The notes beneath the pieces were generated by a model, which saw only the letters and a program-made list of their open reading frames with translations, was not told where the DNA came from and did no database searches. Both the position numbers and the translations under genes were made by a program. Positions 25,042-33,667 of a stretch of DNA of 33,667 bases are shown piece by piece (position 1 is the stretch's first letter; the number at the start of each line of letters is the position of its first letter). The DNA comes from an uncultured Smithella sp. (GTDB lineage: Bacteria; Desulfobacterota; Syntrophia; Syntrophales; Smithellaceae), in the NCBI GenBank assembly GCA_964351355.1, contig CAYGNV010000004.1, forward strand, positions 1-33,667. The letters are read 5' to 3'.

Positions 25042-28000
25042 CGTAAGTCCAGGTCTCTTTTTTTCAAACCGGGCTCTGAATCGGTCCAGGTACAGATAGA
25101 TCACCGGCGTGGTATATAAGGTGAGCATCTGGCTCACGATCAGCCCGCCGATAATGGAAATGCCCAGGGGGCGGCGGATTTCCGACCCCACTCCGGCGCC
25201 GAGCGCCAGGGGAAGCGCCCCGAGCATGGCGGCCATGGTCGTCATCATAATGGGCCGGAATCTTAACAGACAGGCCTGGTAAATAGCATCCATAGGACTT
25301 TTTCCCTCCTTGCGTTCCGCTTCCAATGCAAAATCCACCATCATGATTCCGTTCTTTTTGACGAGGCCGATGAGGAGGATAATCCCGATCAACGCGATCA
25401 CACTCAGTTCGGCGCCAAAAATGAGAAGCGCCAGGAGCGCCCCCACCCCCGCCGAGGGAAGAGTGGACAGAATTGTAATCGGATGAATATAGCTTTCATA
25501 AAGAATTCCCAAAACGATATACACGGCAATCAGGGCTGCCAGAATCAGCAGGGGCTGGTTTGCAAGCGATTCCTTGAATGCCTTGGCGGTTCCCTGAAAA
25601 CTGCCCCGGATCGTGGGAGGCATGTTCATCTCCCGCATGGCCGTTTCTACGACGGTAATGGCCTCCCCCAGGGTGACGCCGCGCTCCAGATTGAACGAAA
25701 TCGTCACCGAGGGGAGCTGACTCTGATGATTGACGGTCAGAGACGTCGTTTTGTTTTCAAACCGGGCAAAGGCGGCGAGCGGAACGGCCTCGCCGTTCGG
25801 GGGCGTCACGTAAACATGATGGAGCGTCTCCGGGTGCTGCAAGAAGCGCGGCTCGACTTCCATCACCACGCGGTACTGATTCAGAAGCGTGTAGCTGATC
25901 GAAATCTGCCTCTGCCCGAAGGCGTCATAGAGCGCCTCGTCGATCAGGGCGGGCCGGATGCCGAAGCGGGCGGCCGCATCCCGGTCGATAACGACCGAAA
26001 CCTGGAGCCCCTTCTCCTGAAGATCGCTGTTCACATCGGTCAGTTCCTTCATTCCGCCCATATGTCTGCGCATCTTGGCGGCCCACACATTCAGTTCCGC
26101 GAGGTTTTCCCCCTGAAGCGTATATTGATAAAGAGCGCCGCTCGATCTTCCCCCGATCCGGAGGTCCTGAACAGGCTGCAGAAAGGACGGCGCTCCCGGG
26201 ACCATGTAGAGTTGCCGGCGCAGCCGCGCAATCACATCCTGGACGGATGATGCTCGTGATTCGGGGGGCGTAAGAGCAATGTTCATCCTTCCTTGGTTTG
26301 TGCCCGTGCCGCCCCCCGTGTAGGCTGATACCGAAGTGACATCAGGATCTTTCCTGACGATCTCCGTGATAATGGTCAGCTTTCTGCGCATGGTCTGAAA
26401 AGAGGTTGTCTGGTCTGCGTGAATAATGGCGCCGATCCGTCCTGTATCCTGCTCCGGAAAAAAGCCTTTAGGGATAAAAATGAAAAGGGTAATACTGAGG
26501 ACGACCATGGCGAGCGTCAAAGACAGCATCGTCCGGGGATGGCGCAAGGCAAAACCAAGGCTCAAATCGTAAGCGTGGTGCATCCGGTCGAATGCCCGCG
26601 CTGCGGCCTCGTAAAAGCGCCTTTTCTTTTTGGGGTTTTCGGACTCCGTCTTCGATTTTAAAAGGGCTGCGCACATCATGGGTGTCGTGGTCAGGGACAT
26701 TACGAGCGAGATGAGGATGGCCACCGAGAGGGTGATTGCGAATTCGCGGAAGAGTCGTCCGACGATCCCCTTCATCAACAGGATGGGAATAAATACGGCA
26801 ACAAGCGAGATCGTCATGGACACAACAGTGAAAGCGATTTCCCGCGATCCTTGCAGGGCCGCTTCGAGGGCCGTCGCCCCTTTTTCCATGTAGCGCGTTA
26901 CATTTTCAAGGACGACGATTGCGTCGTCCACGACAAAGCCGGTTGAAATCGTCAGCGCCATGAGGGAAAGGTTGTTGAGGCTGAACCCCAGCAGGTGCAT
27001 GATGGCAAAGGTCCCGACGATGGAAACCGTTACGGCCACGCCGGGGATCAACGTGGACCGGAAATCCCTGAGGAAAATAAATACAACCAGGATGACGAGC
27101 AGCAGAGAGATCACCAGCGCCTGTTCCACTTCCCGAAGCGAGCCGCGGATCGAAGGCGTCCGGTCCTGAGTGACGGCCAGTTCAATCCCCCCCGGCATGG
27201 CGGCTGTCAGCTGCGGGATCAGCTCCCGGATGCGATCGACGGTTTTGATGATATTGGCGTCCGGCTGGCGGTAGATCAGAACACTGACGGCCGGTTTGCC
27301 GTTGACGATTCCGAAGGTGCGCATATCTTCCACGGAATCATGGACGTAGGCGACATCCGTCAGCTTCACCGCGGCGCCGGACCGGTAGCTCACGATCAGA
27401 TTCCGATAGTCCCTGGCTTTGTGAAGCTGATCGTTGGTCTGGATCTCCCAGGTTTTCTCGTCATTCATCAACTGCCCCTTGGGACGGTTAACGTTTGAGC
27501 TGGCCAGGACGCCGCGCATCTCCCTCAGGTTAATGCCGTACTTGTTGAGCGCCATGGGATTCATTTCCACCCGGACAGCCGGGAGTGATCCACCGCCGAT
27601 GTAAACATGGCCGACGCCCTCCACTTGACATAACTTCTGCTGAAGGATGGTGGAGGCCGCATCATACATCTTCGGCGGGTCCACCGAATCGGATGTCAGG
27701 GCGAGGATCAGGATCGGGGCCTCGGCGGGATTGACCTTGCGGTAAGTCGGATTGCCATGGAGATCTGAAGGAAGGCTCCCCAGAGCGGCATTGATCGCAC
27801 CCTGAACATCGCGGGCCGCCCCATCGATGTTTCTGTCCAGATCGAACTGCACCACGATATTCGTGTAGCCGCGGTTGCTCATGGAGGTCATTTCCGTCAC
27901 GCCGGCAATGTTACCCAACTTCCTTTCCAGCGGCGCCGCGACCGATGTCGCCATCGTCTCGGGATCACCGCCGGGCAGCCTTGCCGTAACCAGGATCGTG

Positions 28001-28128
28001 GGAAAATCGATGCGGGGCAGGGACGAGACAGGCAGCAACTGGAACGCGACGATTCCGGCGAGCGCGAGCCCGATGGTCAGAAGCGTGGTCGCAACGGGGC
28101 GATGGATGAAGAGTTTCGATATGTTCAT
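25042..28128 (-). CDS. mdtC: RND multidrug efflux permease MdtC-like (1029 codons, no stop codon of its own)
   Basis: [65 protein letters not shown] closely tracks E. coli MdtC as I recall it. ATG 28128 overlaps the mdtB stop (ATGA). The extra 12 codons of the track ORF (from 28164) lie inside mdtB. Confidence 0.85.
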
Positions 28129-31100
28129 GGCCGCTTTAGACTCCCGTTGTTTGTGGCAGGCCAAACGAACCGCGCTTTTTGCATGCGGCGCGCCAGGCGA
28201 TCAAACGCGAGATAGATAACCGGCGTTGTATAAAGCGTGAGAATCTGGCTGATCACGAGCCCGCCGACAATCGAAATGCCCAGGGGATGGCGCAACTCCG
28301 AGCCGACGCCCGTTCCGAGCGCCAGGGGAAGCGCTCCGAGAAGGGCCGCCATGGTGGTCATCATAATGGGGCGGAACCGCAGAATACTCGCCTGGTAGAT
28401 CGCCTCTTCGGGCGGCAATCCGTCTTTGCGCTCGGCTTCCAGGGCGAAGTCCACCATCATGATTCCGTTCTTTTTCACAATGCCGATCAGGAGGATGATG
28501 CCGATGACGGCGATGACGCTCAGGTCCGTGTGGAAGAGGATCAGCGCGATGATCGCCCCCACCCCCGCGGAAGGCAGCGTGGAGAGAATCGTGATCGGGT
28601 GAATGTAGCTTTCATACAGGACGCCGAGCACGATATAGACGACAATAAGCGCGGCCAGGATCAGGAGGATCTCGTTGTTCAGAGCGGATTGAAAGGCTTT
28701 GGCTGTCCCCTGAAAGCTTCCCCGGATACTCGGGGGGACACCGATCTGCCGTGCGGTTTCCTCGACGGTTTCGACCGCCTTGCCGAGTGAGACGCCGGGC
28801 GCCGGATTGAACGAAACCGTCACTGCGGGAAACTGCCCCTGGCGGTTGATGACGAGTGGTCCGGTGGTCTCTTCCACCCTCGTGATCGAGCCCAGGGGGA
28901 TGCGCGCCCCGTTCGTCCCGCGCAGGTGGATCGAATGGATATCCTGTGGATCTTTCTGGAACTGGGGCTTTGCGACCAGAACAACTTTATACTGGTTGGA
29001 TTGTGTGAATATGGTGGACACCTGGCGCTGCCCGAAGGCGTTGTAGAGTGTGTCGTCGATGAGCTGGGGCGTGATTCCGAAGCGGGAGGCGCTGGCGCGG
29101 TCAATGGTGATCGATGCGCGCAACCCCTTGTCCTGCTGGTCGCTCGTGACGTCCCTCAATTCCGGCCGGTTGCCGAGCGTTTCCACCAGGCGGGGAGCGA
29201 AATCATTCAGAATCTGGATATCCGGGCATTCCAGGGTATAATTAAACTGTGTCCGGCTGATGCGGGGATCAACCGTGAGGTCCTGAACCGGCTGCATGAA
29301 AAGGGTAATTCCCTCGACCGCGGCCAGTTCCCGCTTGAGCCGAAAAATGATCTCCTGCGCTCCGGTCCGGCGCTCTTCCAGAGGTTTCAGGTTGATCAGG
29401 ATGCGGCCGCTGTTCAAGGTCGTATTGATCCCGTCCACGCCGATAAACGAGGACAGGCTTTCGACGGCTGGATCTTTTAGAATCGTCTGGGCCAGCGCCT
29501 GCTGCCGCTTTGCCATCGCGGCAAAAGAGATCGACTGCGGCGCTTCCGAAATGCCGAGGATGACGCCGGTATCCTGAATGGGGAAGAAGCCTTTGGGGAC
29601 GACCACATAAAGAATAACCGTGAGAACAACCGTCACCCCCATCACCATAAGCGTTAGTCCCTGATGTTTCAGCACCCACTGCAGTGTCCTTCCGTAAGAG
29701 GCAATCACCCGGTCGAACCACTGCCGGGATGCGGCGAAAAACCGTCCCTGCTCGGATACCGGTTTGTGTTTCAGTATCCTGGCGCACATCATCGGCGTCA
29801 GCGTCAGCGAAACGACCGCCGAGATGAGGATCGTCACGCCGAGCGTGATCGCGAATTCCCGGAAAAGCCTTCCCACCACGTCCCCCATGAAGAGGAGCGG
29901 GATGAGGACGGCGATCAGGGAGACCGTCAGAGAGAGGATCGTGAAACCGATCTGCTTGGAACCTGTGAGCGCCGCCTCAAGGGGGGGCATCCCCTGCTCG
30001 ACATAGCGTCCGATGTTTTCGATCATGACGATGGCGTCATCGACTACAAAGCCGGTGGAGATTGTCAGCGCCATGAGGGACAGGTTGTTGAGGCTGAAGC
30101 CCATCAGGTACATGACGCCGAACGTGCCGATGAGGGACAGGGGAACGGCCACGCTGGGGATGGTGGTCGCGGCCAGGCTCCTGAGAAAGAGGAAAATAAC
30201 CAGAACGACGAGCGCAACGGCCAGAAGGAGCTCAAACTGCACGTCCCTGACCGATGCGCGGATTGTCGTTGTCCGGTCGGTCAGCACCGTGACCTTCACC
30301 GAGGGGGGAAGAGAGCTTTGAAGCTGCGGTAAAAGCTTTTTGATCCGGTCAACGACCTTGATGACGTTGGCCCCCGGCTGGCGCTGAATGTTCACAATAA
30401 CGGCCGGGGTGGCGTTCATCCATGCCGCCTGATTAACGTTTTCGATATGGTCAATGGCTTCGGCGACATCGGAAAGCCGGACAGGGGCGCCGTTTCTGTA
30501 AGTGATAATGATTTTTGCAAACTCGGCGCCGGAAAAGAGCTGGTCATTGGCGCCGATATTGTAAGCCCGGTGGGGGCCGTCGAAATTTCCTTTGGCCTGA
30601 TTGACGTTTGCCGCAACGATTGCCCCGCGCAGGTCTTCCAGCGTCAGGTTGTAAGCGGCCAGGGCGGTTGGATTGGCCTGTATTCGCACAGCCGGACGCT
30701 GTCCGCCACTGATTGTGACCAGACCCACATCGGGGAGTTGGGATATCTTCTGAACAAAGCGTGTGTCCGCCATATCCGCCACCTGGGAAAGGGGGAGGGT
30801 GTCGGAGGTGAGCGCCAGAGTCAGGATCGGGGCATCCGCCGGGTTTACCTTGCTGTAGATCGGCGGCGTCGGGAGGTCTTTCGGCAAAAAAGTATAAGCG
30901 GCATTGATTGCCGCCTGGACTTCCTGTTCGGCCACATCCAGACTCAGATCGAGTGAAAATTGAAGGGTGATGATCGAGCTGCTGCCCGAGCTCGACGAGG
31001 TCATCTGCTTCAAGCCGGGCATCTGGCCGAAATGGCGCTCCAGCGGCGCGGTGACCGCTGTCGCCATGACCTCCGGACCGGCGCCGGGATAGAAAGTCCG

Positions 31101-31241
31101 CACCTGAATGGTCGGGTAGTCAACGGTCGGCAGGGCCGAAACCGGCAGCTGGGTGTAAGCCACGAGGCCCGCCAGGATGATGGCGATCATCAGGAGCGTG
31201 GTCGCAACCGGGCGAAGGATAAAAATCCGGGAGATATTCAT
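28125..31241 (-). CDS. mdtB: RND multidrug efflux permease MdtB-like
   Basis: [66 protein letters not shown]...[23 protein letters not shown] is near-colinear with E. coli MdtB as I recall it. 1038 aa. The start overlaps the mdtA stop (ATGA). Confidence 0.9.
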   Translation of the reverse strand: MNISRIFILRPVATTLLMIAIILAGLVAYTQLPVSALPTVDYPTIQVRTFYPGAGPEVMATAVTAPLERHFGQMPGLKQMTSSSSGSSSIITLQFSLDLSLDVAEQEVQAAINAAYTFLPKDLPTPPIYSKVNPADAPILTLALTSDTLPLSQVADMADTRFVQKISQLPDVGLVTISGGQRPAVRIQANPTALAAYNLTLEDLRGAIVAANVNQAKGNFDGPHRAYNIGANDQLFSGAEFAKIIITYRNGAPVRLSDVAEAIDHIENVNQAAWMNATPAVIVNIQRQPGANVIKVVDRIKKLLPQLQSSLPPSVKVTVLTDRTTTIRASVRDVQFELLLAVALVVLVIFLFLRSLAATTIPSVAVPLSLIGTFGVMYLMGFSLNNLSLMALTISTGFVVDDAIVMIENIGRYVEQGMPPLEAALTGSKQIGFTILSLTVSLIAVLIPLLFMGDVVGRLFREFAITLGVTILISAVVSLTLTPMMCARILKHKPVSEQGRFFAASRQWFDRVIASYGRTLQWVLKHQGLTLMVMGVTVVLTVILYVVVPKGFFPIQDTGVILGISEAPQSISFAAMAKRQQALAQTILKDPAVESLSSFIGVDGINTTLNSGRILINLKPLEERRTGAQEIIFRLKRELAAVEGITLFMQPVQDLTVDPRISRTQFNYTLECPDIQILNDFAPRLVETLGNRPELRDVTSDQQDKGLRASITIDRASASRFGITPQLIDDTLYNAFGQRQVSTIFTQSNQYKVVLVAKPQFQKDPQDIHSIHLRGTNGARIPLGSITRVEETTGPLVINRQGQFPAVTVSFNPAPGVSLGKAVETVEETARQIGVPPSIRGSFQGTAKAFQSALNNEILLILAALIVVYIVLGVLYESYIHPITILSTLPSAGVGAIIALILFHTDLSVIAVIGIILLIGIVKKNGIMMVDFALEAERKDGLPPEEAIYQASILRFRPIMMTTMAALLGALPLALGTGVGSELRHPLGISIVGGLVISQILTLYTTPVIYLAFDRLARRMQKARFVWPATNNGSLKRP

Positions 31242-31648
31242 TGTGGCTTGCTCTGCTTTCCCGCAGACGGAATTCTGACTTCCACCTTGGCGCCTTCACG
31301 CAGCCTGTCTGCGCCGTCCGTTACAACGACCTCGCCCGGAGCCAGGCCTTCAAGAACTGAGGCCTGCCCTGTCTGGATTTCTCCGATGGTGATCGTTTTT
31401 ATTGTAACCGTCGAATCCGTTTTCACCACATAAACGAAAACGCCCTTCGGTCCGCGCTGGATGGCTGACGCCGGGATGACCGTTGCTTTCTTGCGGATAT
31501 GGGTGAGCAGCAGCACATTCACGAATTGATTGGGAAAGAGCTCCCCCTTTTTGTTGGCAAAGATCGCTTTCAGGCGCACCGTTCCCGTAGCCGTATCGAT
31601 CTGATTGTCGTGGGTAAGCAGATACCCCGAGGCAAGGCGCTCCTTCAT
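31238..31648 (-). CDS. mdtA: membrane fusion protein MdtA-like, C-terminal fragment (beta-barrel and membrane-proximal domains)
   Basis: [39 protein letters not shown]...[17 protein letters not shown] aligns with the E. coli MdtA C-terminal third. Its ATG overlaps the stop of the N-terminal fragment (ATGA at 31645-31648). Confidence 0.75.
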   Translation of the reverse strand: MKERLASGYLLTHDNQIDTATGTVRLKAIFANKKGELFPNQFVNVLLLTHIRKKATVIPASAIQRGPKGVFVYVVKTDSTVTIKTITIGEIQTGQASVLEGLAPGEVVVTDGADRLREGAKVEVRIPSAGKQSKPQ

Positions 31649-32427
31649 TTCCCGGTAAACGCATGGACAGTCAGGCGTTCGCCCTTGCGCAGCTTGGCGA
31701 GGACGGTAGGAAGGCTGTCTTCCGGGATGGGAAAGACGACGGTGATCGGCTCCATCCTCGTCACGACGACGATTCCGCCTTGATCGCTTGCGCGCACGTA
31801 ATTTCCCGGATCAATCTGGCGCAAGCCGGCCCGGCCGGCAAGCGGAGACGTGATCTGGCAGTAATGGATCTGAAGCTTTGCGCTTTCAATCAGGCCCTTG
31901 TCAACGGCAACCGTCCCCTCATACTGGCGAACCACTGCCTCCTGGGTGTCCAGCTGCTGTTTCGGAATGGAATCCTGTTTCCATAATAGACGATAGCGCT
32001 CCAGATCGACTTTTGCGTTCCGAAGGAATTCCTGATCGCGCGCCATTTGCCCTTCGGCCTGATGGAGCTGAACATAATAGGGCCGCGGATCGATCCTGGC
32101 CAGCAGATCCCCTTTTTCCACCAATTGCCCCTCTTTAACGGGCAGCTCGATGAGGTGACCATCCACACGCGTTTTGATTGTCACCGTATGGATCGGGGTC
32201 ACCGTGCCGAGCGCGGACAGATAGACTTTGAAGTCCTCCTCTTTGGCGGCAGACGCCAGAACGGGCACGCTGTAAACGCGAGGCTTTTTGTCCTGCTCAG
32301 CCGTCCGGATCGACTTTTGCCAATAGAAAAAAAAGGCGGCTGCTGCTACTGCAACGGCCGCCAAGACTAAGAGCGTTACTTTTAACTTCCTGCTTCCGAA
32401 CACCGACTGGTGCGTCATCTCATTCAA
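31645..32427 (-). CDS. mdtA: membrane fusion protein MdtA-like, N-terminal fragment (TM anchor, lipoyl and hairpin domains)
   Basis: It has a TM anchor (VTLLVLAAVAVAAAAFFFY). LSALGTVTPIHTVTIKTRVDGHLIEL.VKEGQLVEKGDLLARIDPRPY and ITSPLAGRAGLRQIDPGNYV are HlyD/MFP hallmarks. It ends abruptly at ...LTVHAFTGK-stop, where homologues continue. Confidence 0.75.
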   Translation of the reverse strand: MNEMTHQSVFGSRKLKVTLLVLAAVAVAAAAFFFYWQKSIRTAEQDKKPRVYSVPVLASAAKEEDFKVYLSALGTVTPIHTVTIKTRVDGHLIELPVKEGQLVEKGDLLARIDPRPYYVQLHQAEGQMARDQEFLRNAKVDLERYRLLWKQDSIPKQQLDTQEAVVRQYEGTVAVDKGLIESAKLQIHYCQITSPLAGRAGLRQIDPGNYVRASDQGGIVVVTRMEPITVVFPIPEDSLPTVLAKLRKGERLTVHAFTGK

Positions 32428-32642
32428 CCCTTTCTTCCGTTTACTGATTTAATCCGCTTTGCTTTTTAGACTTTTTCCGCTTATTGAAGTGCCCGGGTAT
32501 CACCGCAATCCTGAATCTGAATGGATACAGGACCAACTCTGTTAAGTCACAAGCAAATTCCATACCGGAAACGTCTTGCCGGTAAGTTACCGTAAATAGA
32601 AGGATTTATTACAGATCGCGCGTCGTAGAACCGAATATCAGG

Positions 32643-32690
32643 TATCCAGTTTTGGATATTAATTATCCAGGCGTGGATATTAATTATCCA
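32643..32690. promoter_or_regulatory. operator-like array of alternating TATCCA / TGGATA half-sites upstream of the efflux operon
   Basis: TATCCAgtttTGGATAttaatTATCCAggcgTGGATAttaatTATCCA. The 17-mer TGGATATTAATTATCCA is repeated exactly at 32653-32669 and 32674-32690 (21-bp period). It lies 216-263 bp upstream of the mdtA ATG. Confidence 0.5.
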
Positions 32691-32731
32691 AGTCTGGTCT
32701 GGTAGGTTTAGTGGGATCGGAGTATATTTCG

Positions 32732-33514
32732 CTATCGCCGCAGGGGTGCGGTATGCAAATGGGCGCCTCCGTCCACAATGAGGGTCTCGCCGGTGGTCCA
32801 GTCGGCGCCGCCCACCAGGGCCAATACGGTTTGGGCTACGGTTTCGGGCGTGGCAGTATTTTTCAGGGGCGAGATCTCTGCGAGCTGCATGCGGATAGAC
32901 TCGTAAACTTCGGGCCCCAATCCTTTTTGAAGCCATTCACCGGCCACAAATCCAGGGCAGATTGCATTGACGCGGATTTGCGGTCCGAGCACGCGAGCCA
33001 GAGAGAGGGTCATGGTCACCAACGCCCCTTTGGAGGCGGCATAGGCAATGGAGCTGCCCACGCCGGTGATGGCGGCAATCGAGGCCATGTTGACAATGTG
33101 GGCCACGGGTTGCTGACGCAACGCTGCTTCGGCCGCACGGGTCATTTGAAACGGCCCGATCAGGTTAACCGCGTAGATTCCGAGAAAATCCTCTTTGCTC
33201 AGGCCGTCCAGGTTCTGGTGTACGCAAAACTTGGTGGTTCCGGCGTTATTCACCAGGATATTCAAACGGCCAAAGCGTTTCAAGGTGGCATCCACCAGCA
33301 TGCGGCAATCGCCATCTTCAGACACATCGGCCCGCTGGATCAGGACTTGCCCCCCCAGCGCTTCGCATTCGGCGGCCACGGCGCGTGCGCCAGTCTCGTT
33401 TTGGCTATAGTTGATCGCTACTTTGCAGCCCTGGGCGGCCAGTTGCCTGGCCACCGCCGCTCCAATGCCTGAAGATGATCCGGTGACAATGGCGACGCTG
33501 TTTTTAAGTTCCAT
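32732..33514 (-). CDS. SDR family oxidoreductase (FabG-like)
   Basis: VAIVTGSSSGIGAAVA (TGxxxGxG), LVNNAG, catalytic S...YAASKGAL (YxxxK), and a C-terminal ...GETLIVDGG tail. 260 aa. The + strand ORF 32711..33472 is its shadow. Confidence 0.9.
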   Translation of the reverse strand: MELKNSVAIVTGSSSGIGAAVARQLAAQGCKVAINYSQNETGARAVAAECEALGGQVLIQRADVSEDGDCRMLVDATLKRFGRLNILVNNAGTTKFCVHQNLDGLSKEDFLGIYAVNLIGPFQMTRAAEAALRQQPVAHIVNMASIAAITGVGSSIAYAASKGALVTMTLSLARVLGPQIRVNAICPGFVAGEWLQKGLGPEVYESIRMQLAEISPLKNTATPETVAQTVLALVGGADWTTGETLIVDGGAHLHTAPLRR

Positions 33515-33667
33515 GCTGAAGTCTCCTATTGTTTCAATTTGGCTTGCAGGTTGCGGTGCTCTTTTCCTTACGCGAGCGATTGTATTTCAAAAAACAGATA
33601 AAAACAAACGGTAAATTTAAAACTCAAAGGAGAGTCCTCCCTTAAATGTTCTTCCCGGCATGGGGTA

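Noticed and set aside
28129-28164. The 12 extra N-terminal codons ([12 protein letters not shown]) of the 1524-aa track ORF
   Set aside because: They lie inside the mdtB coding end. [15 protein letters not shown] at ATG 28128 matches the conserved RND N-terminus and forms an ATGA overlap with the mdtB stop.
32470-32500. Possible sigma54 promoter upstream of mdtA (minus strand GGCAC-ttcaataa-GC)
   Set aside because: The GG to GC spacing is 11 rather than 10 nt, and the -12 element is TAAGC rather than TTGC. This is too weak to call.
33646-33667. Possible + strand CDS start (ATG 33646, MFFPAWG...) with a GGAGAG RBS at the window edge
   Set aside because: Only 7 codons are visible, so it cannot be supported.

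Overview
A 33.7-kb chromosomal window at roughly 50% GC. The gene content (AbfD-like dehydratase, LDH-type malate dehydrogenase, 4Fe-4S proteins, indirect Asn/Gln-tRNA pathway) suggests an anaerobe, possibly Desulfobacterota/Syntrophia-like, but that assignment is inference only. The housekeeping backbone runs mobB' | pgpA-cinA-(thpR remnant)-recA-recX-alaS | abfD-like | dedA plus a membrane protein | 4Fe-4S protein-mdh | gatB-gatA-like-aspS | mdtA-mdtB-mdtC-OMF efflux operon | SDR. Three accessory insertions interrupt it. (1) A 2.2-kb low-GC island replaces most of thpR and carries an unknown ORF plus an N6-adenine methyltransferase. (2) A PstI/BsuBI-type type II R-M pair lies downstream of alaS. 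(3) A 2.4-kb repeat-rich island between aspS and the efflux operon holds BrnT/BrnA and antitoxin/MazF modules, a 28-bp repeat in three copies, an attC-like hairpin and a truncated gene. The most unusual observations: aspS carries a C-terminal GatC-like domain. The gene after it is a GatA homologue that seems to have lost all three amidase catalytic residues. MdtC and the outer-membrane lipoprotein share one reading frame with no stop codon. mdtA is split at an ATGA overlap. A dense TGGATA/TATCCA operator-like array lies upstream of the efflux operon. A GAAC-N4-GTTC palindrome overlaps the promoter of the operon leading to recA. I found no rRNA, tRNA or CRISPR array. All homology calls come from reading the translations by eye and memory; no searches were run.
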